Assembly (NCBI GenBank): GCA_963741945.1
Contig: CAVUKA010000001.1
Span: 864,001-928,000, forward strand
DNA length: 64,000 bases
Origin: an uncultured Gemmatimonadales bacterium
GTDB lineage: Bacteria > Gemmatimonadota > Gemmatimonadetes > Longimicrobiales > RSA9
Direction of reading: 5' to 3'
How positions within the stretch are numbered: position 1 is the first letter of the stretch; each line of letters opens with the position of its first letter. The notes beneath the pieces were generated by a model. The model ran no database searches. It was not told where the DNA came from and saw only the letters and a list, made by a program, of their open reading frames with translations. Below are positions 30,291 to 40,471 of this stretch, piece by piece. The translations under genes were made by a program, and so were the position numbers.

Positions 30291-31970
30291 GTGAGCATCC
30301 TGTCGAGACTGACCCGCGGGCTGCGCCCCGCGCGCCAGGATGACGCGCCGTCCAGCGGACGGGGCGTCATCCCGCGTGAGGCGTTCGAGCGCATCATCGA
30401 GATCGCCGCCGACGCGATCATCACCGTCGATGAGGGTCAGCGCATCCTCCTCTTCAACAGCGGCGCCGAGGAGATCTTCGGCTACCCGCGCGGCGAGGTC
30501 ATCGGCAAGCCGCTGGCGATCCTCCTCCCCGAGCGTTTTCGCTCGCACCACGCGAACCACATGCGCAGCTTCGCCGCCAGCGCCACGGCCGCCCGCCGGA
30601 TGGGCGAGCGGCGCGAGATCTCGGGGCTGCGCCGCGACGGCACGGAGTTTCCCGCGGAGGCTTCCATCTCCCGCCTGGCCACGCCCGACGCGGTGATCTT
30701 TACCGTGGTGCTCCGCGACATCACGGAGCGCAAGCGGGCGGAGGAGCGTCAGCGCTTCCTGGCGGACGCGAGCGAGGCGCTGGCCCTGTCGCTCGACTAC
30801 AAGGACACGCTCGCGCGTCTCGCCCGCGTGGGGCTCCCGCACCTGGCCGACTGGTGCGTGGTCGACCTCCTGGAAGACGGCGAGCTGGTCCGCGTCGAGG
30901 CCGCGCACGCCGACCCCGATCGGGAAGCGGACGCGCGCATCCTCCTCGCCCACCCGCCGACCCGCGAGCGCCACCACCCCGCCCTCACCGTGCTGGATAC
31001 GGGCGAGCCCGAGATCATCGAAGAGGCCAGCGACGCGTTCCTCCGCGCCGTCGCCCACGACGACGAGCACTATCAGGCCCTCCAATCCCTCGGGCTCCAC
31101 TCGCTCCTCGTGGTCCCCCTCACCGCTCGCGGTCGGATCCTCGGCACGTTCTCGCTCGCTTCCGCCAGGCCCGAACGGCGCTTCGACCCCGATGACGCCC
31201 TGCTCGCCGCCGACCTCGCGCGCCGCGCCGCCATGGCCGTAGACAACGCCCGCCTCTACCGTGAAGCCCGTGACGCCGTAGCCGCTCGCGACGAGGTGCT
31301 CGGCGTGGTGTCCCACGACCTGGGGAACCCCCTCACGGCCATCCGCGTGGCCGCCCGCGTCCTCGATCGCGTCCTGGACGCCCGGGAAATCGACGCGGCC
31401 CACGCACAGGTCGAATCCATCCGCGCCGCCGCAGTCCAGGCCTACCGCCTCATCGGAGACCTGCTCGAAGTCCGGCGCCTCGAGGCGGGCCGCCTTCGCC
31501 TCATCATCAGGCCCGAAAGCGTCCAGCAGCTCATGGATGAGGTGGTGCGGACGCTCGGCCCCGTGGCCGAGGACCAGGGCGTGCACCTCGCGCATGAAGG
31601 TGGCGTCGATGCTGCCCAGACCGTCCGCGTCGACGCCGACCGCATCCAGCAGGTCTTCTCCAACCTCGTCGGGAACGCCCTCAAGTTCACCCCCGCCGGC
31701 GGCACCATCACCATCACCGTCGAAGCCACCGAGGATGAGGCGGTCTTCTCCGTTCAGGACACCGGCCCCGGCATCCCCGCGGCCGACCTCCCCTGCGTCT
31801 TCGACCGCTTCTGGCAGGCTCGGCAGCACGGCAGCCACGGCCTCGGCCTCGGCCTCGCCATCGCCAAAGGACTCGCCGAGGCACACGGCGGCAGGATTTT
31901 CGTCGAAAGCGAGGAGGGGCACGGCTCACGCTTCGCGTTCACCGTGCCCCTCCACCCGGAAGGCGCTTGA
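30291..31970 (+). CDS. PAS-GAF sensor histidine kinase
   Basis: PAS (FNSGAEEIFGY), GAF, SHDLGNPL, NLVGNALKF, DTGPGI, GLGLGL; start uncertain. Confidence 0.9.
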   Translation: MSILSRLTRGLRPARQDDAPSSGRGVIPREAFERIIEIAADAIITVDEGQRILLFNSGAEEIFGYPRGEVIGKPLAILLPERFRSHHANHMRSFAASATAARRMGERREISGLRRDGTEFPAEASISRLATPDAVIFTVVLRDITERKRAEERQRFLADASEALALSLDYKDTLARLARVGLPHLADWCVVDLLEDGELVRVEAAHADPDREADARILLAHPPTRERHHPALTVLDTGEPEIIEEASDAFLRAVAHDDEHYQALQSLGLHSLLVVPLTARGRILGTFSLASARPERRFDPDDALLAADLARRAAMAVDNARLYREARDAVAARDEVLGVVSHDLGNPLTAIRVAARVLDRVLDAREIDAAHAQVESIRAAAVQAYRLIGDLLEVRRLEAGRLRLIIRPESVQQLMDEVVRTLGPVAEDQGVHLAHEGGVDAAQTVRVDADRIQQVFSNLVGNALKFTPAGGTITITVEATEDEAVFSVQDTGPGIPAADLPCVFDRFWQARQHGSHGLGLGLAIAKGLAEAHGGRIFVESEEGHGSRFAFTVPLHPEGA

Positions 31971-32007
31971 CGCGGGATCTCCCCCACGATCGCGCCGCCG
32001 CCCCTCG

Positions 32008-32223
32008 TCAGGCGCCCGGCGTCACCTTCCCTCCTGTCCTCCAGCCCAGCACACCGTACAGCGGGCAATACCCCACAACCGCTGTCACCAACAGCACCGC
32101 CGCCACCACGTACAGCAGCACCGCCCACGCACCACCCACCGTCCCACTCAGCGGAAGCGCCACGGCCACCATGGCGAGCACGAGACGAGCAACCCGATCG
32201 ATGCGTCCCTCGTTCACCTTCAT
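32008..32223 (-). CDS. DUF2892/YgaP-like membrane protein
   Basis: MKVNEGRIDR..R, two TMs, GYCPLY. Confidence 0.85.
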   Translation of the reverse strand: MKVNEGRIDRVARLVLAMVAVALPLSGTVGGAWAVLLYVVAAVLLVTAVVGYCPLYGVLGWRTGGKVTPGA

Positions 32224-32447
32224 GCGTCCCTCCCGCGTGGTGGTGGATTCGCTGCAACTGCACTACACTATTCCCTTGCGTCCACCGCGTCAGTCAGGTA
32301 TAGAGCGGTTCGACGCGTCAGAGCGATTGCGTCGGATCGGTGGGGGATTGCCCCACGCTGGGCCCCGTTGGTGCCCCGACTAACCCACGCGCCGCTCGCG
32401 TGCTAGATTTTCCTGACGTCACAGCAACGCACGGGGGAAAGGCGACG

Positions 32448-33107
32448 ATGCCGAAGACGATACGGATTCTCTTGGCCGACGATCACGGGGTCCTGCGGGC
32501 GGGATTGAGGGCGCTGCTGGACGCCGAGCCGGACCTCCAGGTCGTCGGAGAAGCCGAGACGGGCGAAGAAGCGATCAAGAAGGTGAAGGAGCTGACGCCC
32601 GACATCGTGGTGATGGACCTGTCCATGCCGGGGATGGGTGGGATGGAGGCGACGCGCCGGATCGCGGCCATGGACACGGGAACGAAGGTCCTCGTGCTGA
32701 CGATGCACGCGGAAGAAGAGTTCCTGTTGCCGGTCCTGGACGCAGGCGGGAGCGGGTTCGTGCGGAAGACGAGCGCGGACGAGGACCTGACGCACGCGAT
32801 CCGGACGGTGGCGCGCGACGAGGTCTTCCTCTACCCGAGCGCGGCGAAGCTGTTGCTCGAGCGCTACAAGGATGCGGACGCGGACGAGATGCGGGGCCCG
32901 CTGAGCAAGCTGACCGAGCGGGAGCGGGATGTTCTGGCCATGACCGCAGAAGGCTTCAGCTCGAGCGAGATCGGCGAGAAGCTGTTCATCAGCCCGAAGA
33001 CGGTGGACACGTACCGGAGCCGCATCATGGACAAGCTCCAGCTGCGGCACAGGTCGGAGCTCGTCCGGTTCGCGCTGCAGACGGGACTTCTTCGGGCAGA
33101 GCAGTAG
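32448..33107 (+). CDS. NarL/LuxR family response regulator
   Basis: LADDH, MDLSMP, LTERE..ISPKTVDTYRSRIMDKL. Confidence 0.93.
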   Translation: MPKTIRILLADDHGVLRAGLRALLDAEPDLQVVGEAETGEEAIKKVKELTPDIVVMDLSMPGMGGMEATRRIAAMDTGTKVLVLTMHAEEEFLLPVLDAGGSGFVRKTSADEDLTHAIRTVARDEVFLYPSAAKLLLERYKDADADEMRGPLSKLTERERDVLAMTAEGFSSSEIGEKLFISPKTVDTYRSRIMDKLQLRHRSELVRFALQTGLLRAEQ

Positions 33108-33152
33108 GCCGGTCCGGCGGGTGACCCGCGGCTCCGGTGCGCGGCAGCCGCC

Positions 33153-34265
33153 TCAGAACGCGGCGGTCTCTCCCTGTCGGGGCAGGTCGGCGGCCGTGGC
33201 CGCGGCGGCGCCCTCGGCGGGCACGATGGCACGCACGGTAGTCCCTTCCCCCCGCACGCTCGTGATTTCCACGCGCCCCCCCACGTAGCTGGCCCGCTCC
33301 CGCATCCCGAATAGCCCGAGCCCGTGCTGGTCGTCGTGGCTGACCAGCTGCGCTTCCAGGTCGAAGCCCACCCCGTTGTCCCACACCGTTGCCACCGCCA
33401 TTTCGGCCACGCGCTCCACCGTCACGCGGATCCGGGTGGCGCGGCTGTGGCGCAGCGCGTTCGTGATGGCCTCCTGCACGATCCGGTAGAGCGCCAGCTC
33501 GGCTTCGGGCGACTCCAGCCGCCCCACGCCTTCCGTGCGCACGTCCATCCGTACCAGCGCGGATTCCGAGACGTGTCGGACGTGCGACTCGATGGCCGCG
33601 CCAAGCCCCAGCTCGTCCAGCGCGGGGGGGCGAAGCCCCTGGGCGTAGCGCCGAAGCCCGTCCGCCGCCTCCGCCAGCTCCCGCCGCACTTCCTCCAGCA
33701 CGGCCTCCTTCGCCTCCGCATCCGCCACGCTTCGCGCCAGGCGCAGTCGCATGAGGATCGCGGCCAGGCGCTGCGACGCGTCGTCGTGCAGCTCGAGCGA
33801 GATGCGGCGACGCTCCTCCTCCGCCGCGTTCAGCGCCCGCGCCGCCACGTCCCGCAGCCGGCAACGGTAATCCGAGAGCCGGTCCAGCATGGCGTTCGTC
33901 GCCTCCGTCAGCCGCTCCATTTCCCGATCCGCCAGCGGCGACGTGGGGACGCGCGCGTCCAGCTCCCCCGCCTGCACCCGGTCCGCAGTCCGACGCAGCA
34001 GTCGGAGTGGCTCCAGCGCGATCTGGATGATCACGCCGTTCACGGCGATGCTGACGATCGCGCCCCCCACGGCCAGCGCCACCAGCGGGCCCAGCGCCGC
34101 CCCCGCACGGCCCAGCTCCACGGCGAGCAGCGTGGCCAGGAGGGAGAAGAGGAGCACGATGAACGCATTCGCGGCCAGGATCTTGTAGAAGAGCGGGATC
34201 GCGAGCAGCCGCCCCAGCAGCCCGCTCACGTGCTCCCGTTCCTGTCGCAGTTGCCCCTCGTCCAT
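33153..34265 (-). CDS. HAMP sensor histidine kinase (HisKA_3 type)
   Basis: Two TMs, HAMP, ERRRISLELHDD, QEAITNALRH, DNGVGF, GLFGMRER. Confidence 0.9.
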   Translation of the reverse strand: MDEGQLRQEREHVSGLLGRLLAIPLFYKILAANAFIVLLFSLLATLLAVELGRAGAALGPLVALAVGGAIVSIAVNGVIIQIALEPLRLLRRTADRVQAGELDARVPTSPLADREMERLTEATNAMLDRLSDYRCRLRDVAARALNAAEEERRRISLELHDDASQRLAAILMRLRLARSVADAEAKEAVLEEVRRELAEAADGLRRYAQGLRPPALDELGLGAAIESHVRHVSESALVRMDVRTEGVGRLESPEAELALYRIVQEAITNALRHSRATRIRVTVERVAEMAVATVWDNGVGFDLEAQLVSHDDQHGLGLFGMRERASYVGGRVEITSVRGEGTTVRAIVPAEGAAAATAADLPRQGETAAF

Positions 34266-34391
34266 GGTCCTCTCTTGGCATTACGCGCGCGGCCGCGGGA
34301 GCCACCCGCGGCCGCTGGCAATGCCATAATCTACATGGAGGTCCGATTACCGTCTGTCAGGCGAGGACCGAGACGCGTGTGGGGTCTTCTC

Positions 34392-36149
34392 CTACGCTCC
34401 GCCCGACGCCTCGCCCGTGGCCCCGGTGCTCGCAGCATCGTACACCACGTCCCCACCGAGAATCGTGTAGAGGACCCGGGCTTCGCGGATCTCCGTTTCC
34501 GGTACGGTGGTGATGTCCTTCGACAGGACGGTGATGTCCGCCAGCTTGCCGGGCGTGATGGAGCCCTTCAGGTCCTCTTCGAACGCCGCGTAGGCGTTGT
34601 TGATGGTATAGGAGCGGAGTGCCTGCTCGCGAGTGAGGCGCTGGTCCGGGTCGAAGGGGGTTCCGTCAGGGAGGGTGCGGGAGACCGAAGCCCAGTAGCT
34701 GTTGAGCGGATTCACGTCCTCCACCGGGGTGTCGGTCCCGTTGGTCACCACGGCGCCGGTCTTCCACAGCTCCTGCCAGCGGTAGGCGCCGGTGTGCGCC
34801 CGCTCGTCGCCGATGCGCTTGGGCACCCAGGGGAAATCGGATGTGGCGTGGACGCCCTGCATGGCCGCGATCACGCCCAGGCTGGCGAAACGCGGGATGT
34901 CGGCGGGATCGAGGTGCTGGGCGTGCTCGATGCGCCAGCGCAGGCCGGTCCTGTCCGGATGCTCCGCCATCACCGTTTCGTAGATATCGAGAACTTCGCG
35001 GTTGGCACGGTCACCGATGGCGTGGGTGTTGACCTGGAAGTCGTTGGCGATGGCGATCTCGGCCGCTTCCTTCACTTCTTCCACGGGCTCCAGGACCAGC
35101 CCGGTGCTGGACGGCATGTCGGTGTACGGGGCCAGCATCCACGCGCCGTGGGAGCCCAGTGCACCGTCGATCTGCCGCTTGATGGAGCGCACCGTCAGGT
35201 GGTTGTTGCCCACGCCGATCATGCGGTACTCGGACAGGTGTTCCGCCATGGTCTGGTTGCTCTCGCCGCGCACCATGACGTACAGGCGGATGGGCAGGGT
35301 GCCGGCTTCCGCCATGCGCCGGTAGCCGTCGATCACCCGGAATGACGCCCCGGCGTCGTGGAAGGTGGTGATTCCTCTGGACAGCGCTTCGGTCGCCGCC
35401 AGCCGGACCACGCGCTGGAAGTGCTCCCACTTCTCTTCCTCGCTCATCCCCTCCCTGGACTCGGACAGGGCAGACGAGACCATGCGCTGCGCATTCTCCC
35501 GCAACAGGCCCGTGGGCTCGCCAAGAGCGTCGGTGAGAATCTCGCCCCCCTCGGGGGCGCGCGTCGCGCGGGTGATCCCGGCCAGCGCCATGGCGCGGGC
35601 GTTCACCAGCGAAGCGTGGCCGCTGGCGTGCTCCAGGATCACCGGGTTCAGGGGAGACACAGTGCTCAGCGCGGCGTGGGTGGGTACCCCTTCCACGGCG
35701 TCGGCGGGAACGCTGTCCCACTTTTCCTGGTGCCACCCACGACCCAGTATCCATTCGCCGGGCGTGGCCTCGGATGCGGCCCTCCCGACCATGGCGACAA
35801 TGTCGTCCCAGCTCCGAGCGGTCGTCAGGTCGAGCTCGAGCTGCGCTTCGCCCAGTCCCATGAAGTGCCCGTGCCCCTCGATGAACGCGGGCATGACAAA
35901 GCTTCCACCCAGGTCCAGCACCCGCGTGTCCGGGCCGATGTAGCGACGGATGTCGGCGTCGCTCCCCACGGCCAGGATGCGGCCCCCTCTCACCGCGACC
36001 GCTTCCGCCGTGGGCTGGGCCGAGTCCACCGTGACCACGCGACCGTTCACCAGCGCCAGGTCCGCGGGCTCACGCACGTCGGCGGCGCACGCGGACAACC
36101 CCAGGGCGAGCGTGGCGCCCAGCACCACACTCCTGATCATTTCGTCCAT
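34392..36149 (-). CDS. Amidohydrolase 3 (YtcJ-like) lipoprotein
   Basis: Lipobox LSAC; EGHGH, DGALGS, HAIGDRA, RIEHAQ, GTD, GKLAD. Confidence 0.88.
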   Translation of the reverse strand: MDEMIRSVVLGATLALGLSACAADVREPADLALVNGRVVTVDSAQPTAEAVAVRGGRILAVGSDADIRRYIGPDTRVLDLGGSFVMPAFIEGHGHFMGLGEAQLELDLTTARSWDDIVAMVGRAASEATPGEWILGRGWHQEKWDSVPADAVEGVPTHAALSTVSPLNPVILEHASGHASLVNARAMALAGITRATRAPEGGEILTDALGEPTGLLRENAQRMVSSALSESREGMSEEEKWEHFQRVVRLAATEALSRGITTFHDAGASFRVIDGYRRMAEAGTLPIRLYVMVRGESNQTMAEHLSEYRMIGVGNNHLTVRSIKRQIDGALGSHGAWMLAPYTDMPSSTGLVLEPVEEVKEAAEIAIANDFQVNTHAIGDRANREVLDIYETVMAEHPDRTGLRWRIEHAQHLDPADIPRFASLGVIAAMQGVHATSDFPWVPKRIGDERAHTGAYRWQELWKTGAVVTNGTDTPVEDVNPLNSYWASVSRTLPDGTPFDPDQRLTREQALRSYTINNAYAAFEEDLKGSITPGKLADITVLSKDITTVPETEIREARVLYTILGGDVVYDAASTGATGEASGGA

Positions 36150-36197
36150 GCCTCTCTCCCTGTTGATCGCCCCCGGCATCGTGCCGCGGGCGAGCGT

Positions 36198-36800
36198 TCA
36201 CATGATTGCGAAAGCGTTCACCAGGCCCAGCCCCACGAGCGTGTTGAAGATGACGTTCCCGGCCAGAACGGCCGAGAAGATGCCGAGCAGCGGAAAGCCC
36301 AGGAATGCGAGTGGGATCACCAGGATCTCGTTGGGCGCCGGAATGAGCGCGGCGTAGAGGAACATGAGGAGGAAGGGCAGCCACGGCCGGCGACGCCGCA
36401 GCCGCTCCAGCTGCATCAGCCTTCCGTGCAGCCGCGGCGAGAAGACATCCCGTGCGGCGTGGCCGATCAGGTAGCCGAAGAGGTCCCCGAGCGTCATTCC
36501 GACTGCGATGAGCGCCACCGTCGGCACGGGCTGGAGCCCCACGTCCATGAAGAACGGGAGAAAGGCAATGAGCGGCACCGGCACCACGAGGTTGAAGCCA
36601 CTGATGGCGGCGGCCGCGACCACGCCCGTGTACCCGAAATGCCGGGCGCCTTCGCGAACGAAGTCGTGCTGGGCGGCATACAGGTTGACCCAGATGGCGA
36701 ACGCCAGGACGAGCGCGAGGAGCCCCACCTTGAGAGCGAAGCGGAGTGCCGCGTGTGGCCGCGCGCGGCCCCGCCTCCGCGGATTCAGGGCAGCTCCCAT
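36198..36800 (-). CDS. DedA/VTT-like membrane protein
   Basis: Multiple TMs; GDLFGYLIG, PAPNE. Confidence 0.6.
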   Translation of the reverse strand: MGAALNPRRRGRARPHAALRFALKVGLLALVLAFAIWVNLYAAQHDFVREGARHFGYTGVVAAAAISGFNLVVPVPLIAFLPFFMDVGLQPVPTVALIAVGMTLGDLFGYLIGHAARDVFSPRLHGRLMQLERLRRRRPWLPFLLMFLYAALIPAPNEILVIPLAFLGFPLLGIFSAVLAGNVIFNTLVGLGLVNAFAIM

Positions 36801-39313
36801 ACGCGAAACCGGGCGGCAGCCGCGACGTCGCCGGGCATCGGCCGGGCCAACTGATAGCCCTGGGCCGACTTGCATCCGAGGATGCGGGCCATCCTGAACT
36901 GCTCGCGGGTCTCGACGCCCTCCGCCACGACTTCCATCTCCAGCTCGTCGGCGAGCGCCACGATGGTACGGACGATCTCGCTGTTCTCGCCGTTCGCCCC
37001 GATCGCGCGGATGAAGGAGCCGTCGATCTTCAGGGTATGGGCCGCGAAGCGGTGGAGGTAGCTCAGCGACGAGTAGCCGATGCCGAAGTCGTCGATCATG
37101 AGGCGGACGCCCAGTTCGCGCAGCACCTCCATCATGTGAATGCTCGTCTCGGCCTGCTCCATCAGCACGTTCTCCGTCAGCTCCAGCCGCAGCGATTCCG
37201 GGGGGGCGCCCGTCTCGTCCAGCGCGCCCCGGAGCTGATCGATCATGTCGCGTTGCGACAGCTGGGTGGCCGACAGGTTCACGGCCACGTAGGGACCCCG
37301 GTCGTCGGCGATCCACCACTCCCGGGCCCGGCGCGTGGCCTCGCGCAGCGTCCACCAGCTGATCGGGACGATGAGCCCCGTCTCCTCGGCCACGTCCAGG
37401 AACTCGTCCGGGCGAAGCAGACCGCGCTCCGGATGCTCCCAGCGCAGCAGCGCCTCGTGGCCCAGCAGCGACCCATCACTCAGCGACACGATGGGTTGAT
37501 AGTGGAGCGTGAACTCCTGCCGCTCCACCGCACGGCGGAGCGCCGTCTCCAGCTCCATGACGGCCACTGCCTGGTCGTGCATGGCCCGATCGAACACTTC
37601 ACTCCGCGCCCGCCCCGCGTTCTTCGCGCGGTACATGGCAATGTCCGCGTCGCGCAGGATGTCCTCGGCCTTGCGGTACTCCTCCGAGCTGACCGCGATG
37701 CCGGCGCTGATGGTGGCATAGACGTCGCGCCGGGCGATGCTGAAGGGAAGCCGCACGGCCTCGTGGATCCGGTCCGCCACCGCAGTGGCCTCCTCCACGT
37801 CGCTCACGCCGTCCAGCAGGAGCGCGAACTCGTCGCCGCCCACGCGCGCGACCGTGTCGCCGGGCCGGAGGCAGCCTTCCAGGCGCCGCCCGATCTCCAC
37901 CAGCAGCTGGTCCCCCACGCCGTGCCCGAGGCTGTCGTTCACCACCTTGAACCGATCCACATCCAGGAAGAGCACGGCAAACCCGGGCGTGTCCACCCGC
38001 CGCCCCCGCTTCACGAACTGGTTCAGGCGGTCCATGAAGAGCGCCCGGTTGGGAAGCCCGGTGAGGAGGTCGTGCAGAGCGTCGTGGAGCAGCCGGTCCT
38101 CCACCTCCTTCCGCTGCGTCACATCCCTCGCGTTCACCACCACGCCGTTCACGGATGCGTGGTGCAGCAGGTTGCGCCCGACGGCTTCCAGCGTGCGCCA
38201 GCCCCCTTCCCGGTCCCTGAAACGCAGTTCGAGCCGAGAGATCATCCCGGGCTGCCCCTCCGCCACGGCGAAGACCTCCTTCACGCGCGCCAGGTCTTCC
38301 GGATGGATGTAGTCGAACACGGACGTGCCGACCATTTCCTCGGGGGTGAAGCCGAGGACCCGGCCCACGGATGGACTCTCGTACGCGATGGTGCCATCGG
38401 CGGACAGGATGGTGATGGTATCGAGGGCGTTCTCGATCAGCGCGCGGAAGTACTCCTCGCTCTCGCGCAGGGCGGCCGTCGACCGCTTCCGCTCCGTGAT
38501 GTCCTCGATGATCCCCTCGTAGCCGACGGTCTCGCCGCCCGCGGCCCGGTGGGCCGTGGCGGTGATCAGGCAGTCCAGGACGTGACCGTCCCGGTCCGTG
38601 AGCCGGACTTCGTAGTTCCGGACCGAGCCGTTCTCCTCGATCGCGCGCTGGAAATGCTCGCGGTCGGCAGGATCGACGTAGAGCGCGCTGGCGTTCAGCC
38701 GCAGGAGCTCGCGGCGGCTGTAGCCGAACAGGTCCAGCATGGAGCGATTCAGGTCGACGAAGTCGCCGCTCCGGGTGGTGATGTAGAGCGCGTGCCGGGA
38801 TTCCTCGAACAGCCGGCGATACCGGCGCTCGCTGGCGATGAGCGCCTCCTGCATCCGCTTCTGCTCGGTGACATCACGGAAGCTCCAGACGCGACCCACC
38901 ACCCGCGCCCCGATCCGCTGCGGTCGGGAGAACCGCTCGATGACCCGTCCATCCCGGAAACGGAGGACATCGTGTCCGGTCCGCTCGGGGTCCTCGTAGA
39001 GGGCACGCACCCGGTCCCTGAATGTGGTCGGGTCCTCCAGCTTCTCCACCACGTACTGGAGCGCCAGCTCGTCATCGGCCGCCGCGAGCACTTCCTCGGG
39101 GACGCCCCAGATCTCCACGAAGCGACCGTTGTAGCTGATGATGCGGCTATCCCGGTCCACCACCAGAACGCCATCGGTGGTGGAGTCGAGCGCCGCCTTG
39201 AGGAGCGAGGCGGAGCGCTCCAGCCGCTCCTGCACCACGCGGAGCTCTTCAGCCTCCCGTGCATTCTCGTCGACGAGGTGCGGCTCCAGGTCGGACTCCC
39301 GGGTCGCGTCCAT
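36785..39313 (-). CDS. PAS-GGDEF-EAL c-di-GMP turnover protein
   Basis: Three PAS domains; DLLTGLPNR, GGDEF, EALLRW, DDFGIGYSS. Confidence 0.93.
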   Translation of the reverse strand: MDATRESDLEPHLVDENAREAEELRVVQERLERSASLLKAALDSTTDGVLVVDRDSRIISYNGRFVEIWGVPEEVLAAADDELALQYVVEKLEDPTTFRDRVRALYEDPERTGHDVLRFRDGRVIERFSRPQRIGARVVGRVWSFRDVTEQKRMQEALIASERRYRRLFEESRHALYITTRSGDFVDLNRSMLDLFGYSRRELLRLNASALYVDPADREHFQRAIEENGSVRNYEVRLTDRDGHVLDCLITATAHRAAGGETVGYEGIIEDITERKRSTAALRESEEYFRALIENALDTITILSADGTIAYESPSVGRVLGFTPEEMVGTSVFDYIHPEDLARVKEVFAVAEGQPGMISRLELRFRDREGGWRTLEAVGRNLLHHASVNGVVVNARDVTQRKEVEDRLLHDALHDLLTGLPNRALFMDRLNQFVKRGRRVDTPGFAVLFLDVDRFKVVNDSLGHGVGDQLLVEIGRRLEGCLRPGDTVARVGGDEFALLLDGVSDVEEATAVADRIHEAVRLPFSIARRDVYATISAGIAVSSEEYRKAEDILRDADIAMYRAKNAGRARSEVFDRAMHDQAVAVMELETALRRAVERQEFTLHYQPIVSLSDGSLLGHEALLRWEHPERGLLRPDEFLDVAEETGLIVPISWWTLREATRRAREWWIADDRGPYVAVNLSATQLSQRDMIDQLRGALDETGAPPESLRLELTENVLMEQAETSIHMMEVLRELGVRLMIDDFGIGYSSLSYLHRFAAHTLKIDGSFIRAIGANGENSEIVRTIVALADELEMEVVAEGVETREQFRMARILGCKSAQGYQLARPMPGDVAAAARFRVWELP

Positions 39314-39423
39314 TTTCAAACGGCTTGCGTCTCGCTGGTTCAGTGGGGCCGGGCGGTGGGACCGGAGCGCACGCTAACGCGCACCCCACAGCGCCGCAAG
39401 CGCGACGACGCCCGCCCGCGCGC

Positions 39424-40296
39424 TCACTCGCCCGCATCCACGGCCGCCACGCGGCCCAGACCCGCCCAGTCGATCTCGCCCCAGCCGCGCGCGGCGGCCG
39501 AGAGGAAGCGGTCGCGCAGGAGACTGGCAAGTGGGAGCGGCACTTCGGTCTCATCCGCGGCCCCCAGCGCGTAGCGCACGTCCTTCAGCCCATGCCGGAG
39601 CTTGAAGCCCGCCGGTTCGTAGCGCTGCGCCTCGATGAGCCCGCCGTAATTCTCGTAGATCGGCGAGCGGAACAGGCGCGTTGCCACCGTGCGGAGGAAC
39701 TCGCCCGTATCGATGTCGTAGCTGCGCACGAACGTGAACGCTTCCGCCATGGCCTCGATGGCGGACGCCAGCAGGAAGTTCCCGGCCAGCTTCACCACGT
39801 TGGCCTGCTCCGGCTGCTCCCCGGCCGCCACCACTCCCTGACCCAACGCGTCGAACGCGGGCGCGCACGCCGACCGGACATCCTCACCGCCGCCCGCGAT
39901 CACCCACAGCTTGGCCGCCTCCGCCGCCTCGGGGCGGCCGAATACCGGGGCGGCGATGTAGCGCTGCTCCCGCTCCGCGTGCGCGTCGGCGAGCCGTCGA
40001 GACAGGCCGGGGCTGATCGTGCTCATGGACGCGTGGATCGCCCCCGCCGGGAGCCCGGCCAGCAGACCATCGCTGCCGAACGCCACCCGCTCCACTGCCT
40101 CGTCGTCCGAGAGCATCGTGATCGCCAGCTCCGCCTGCCGCGCCGCTTCCTCGGGCGATGCGGCGACGGTGGCGCCTTCCATCGCCTCCGCCTTCGACCG
40201 CGTCCGATTCCATACCGTTACGGCGTGCCCCTTCGCCACCAGGTTGCGCGCCATCGGTGCACCCATGCTGCCCATCCCCAGGAATGCCAGTCGCAT
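39424..40296 (-). CDS. Beta-hydroxyacid dehydrogenase family NAD(P) oxidoreductase
   Basis: GMGSMG, WNRT, APVFG, KLAGN motifs. Confidence 0.88.
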   Translation of the reverse strand: MRLAFLGMGSMGAPMARNLVAKGHAVTVWNRTRSKAEAMEGATVAASPEEAARQAELAITMLSDDEAVERVAFGSDGLLAGLPAGAIHASMSTISPGLSRRLADAHAEREQRYIAAPVFGRPEAAEAAKLWVIAGGGEDVRSACAPAFDALGQGVVAAGEQPEQANVVKLAGNFLLASAIEAMAEAFTFVRSYDIDTGEFLRTVATRLFRSPIYENYGGLIEAQRYEPAGFKLRHGLKDVRYALGAADETEVPLPLASLLRDRFLSAAARGWGEIDWAGLGRVAAVDAGE

Positions 40297-40471
40297 CCTC
40301 TCTCCTCTCGCGTTCCGGTCCACCGGTCGGATCCCGCGCTCCACCATACGCATGCGGCGCGCCCCCTGCACCGGAACGCGGGACGCCCGAGGCTGGACCG
40401 GCACCGCCTGAAAACGGGTCGAGGGCGCCGGCCACGCCGTCGCCCTCGACCCGTCCGGCCCCTGCTGCATT

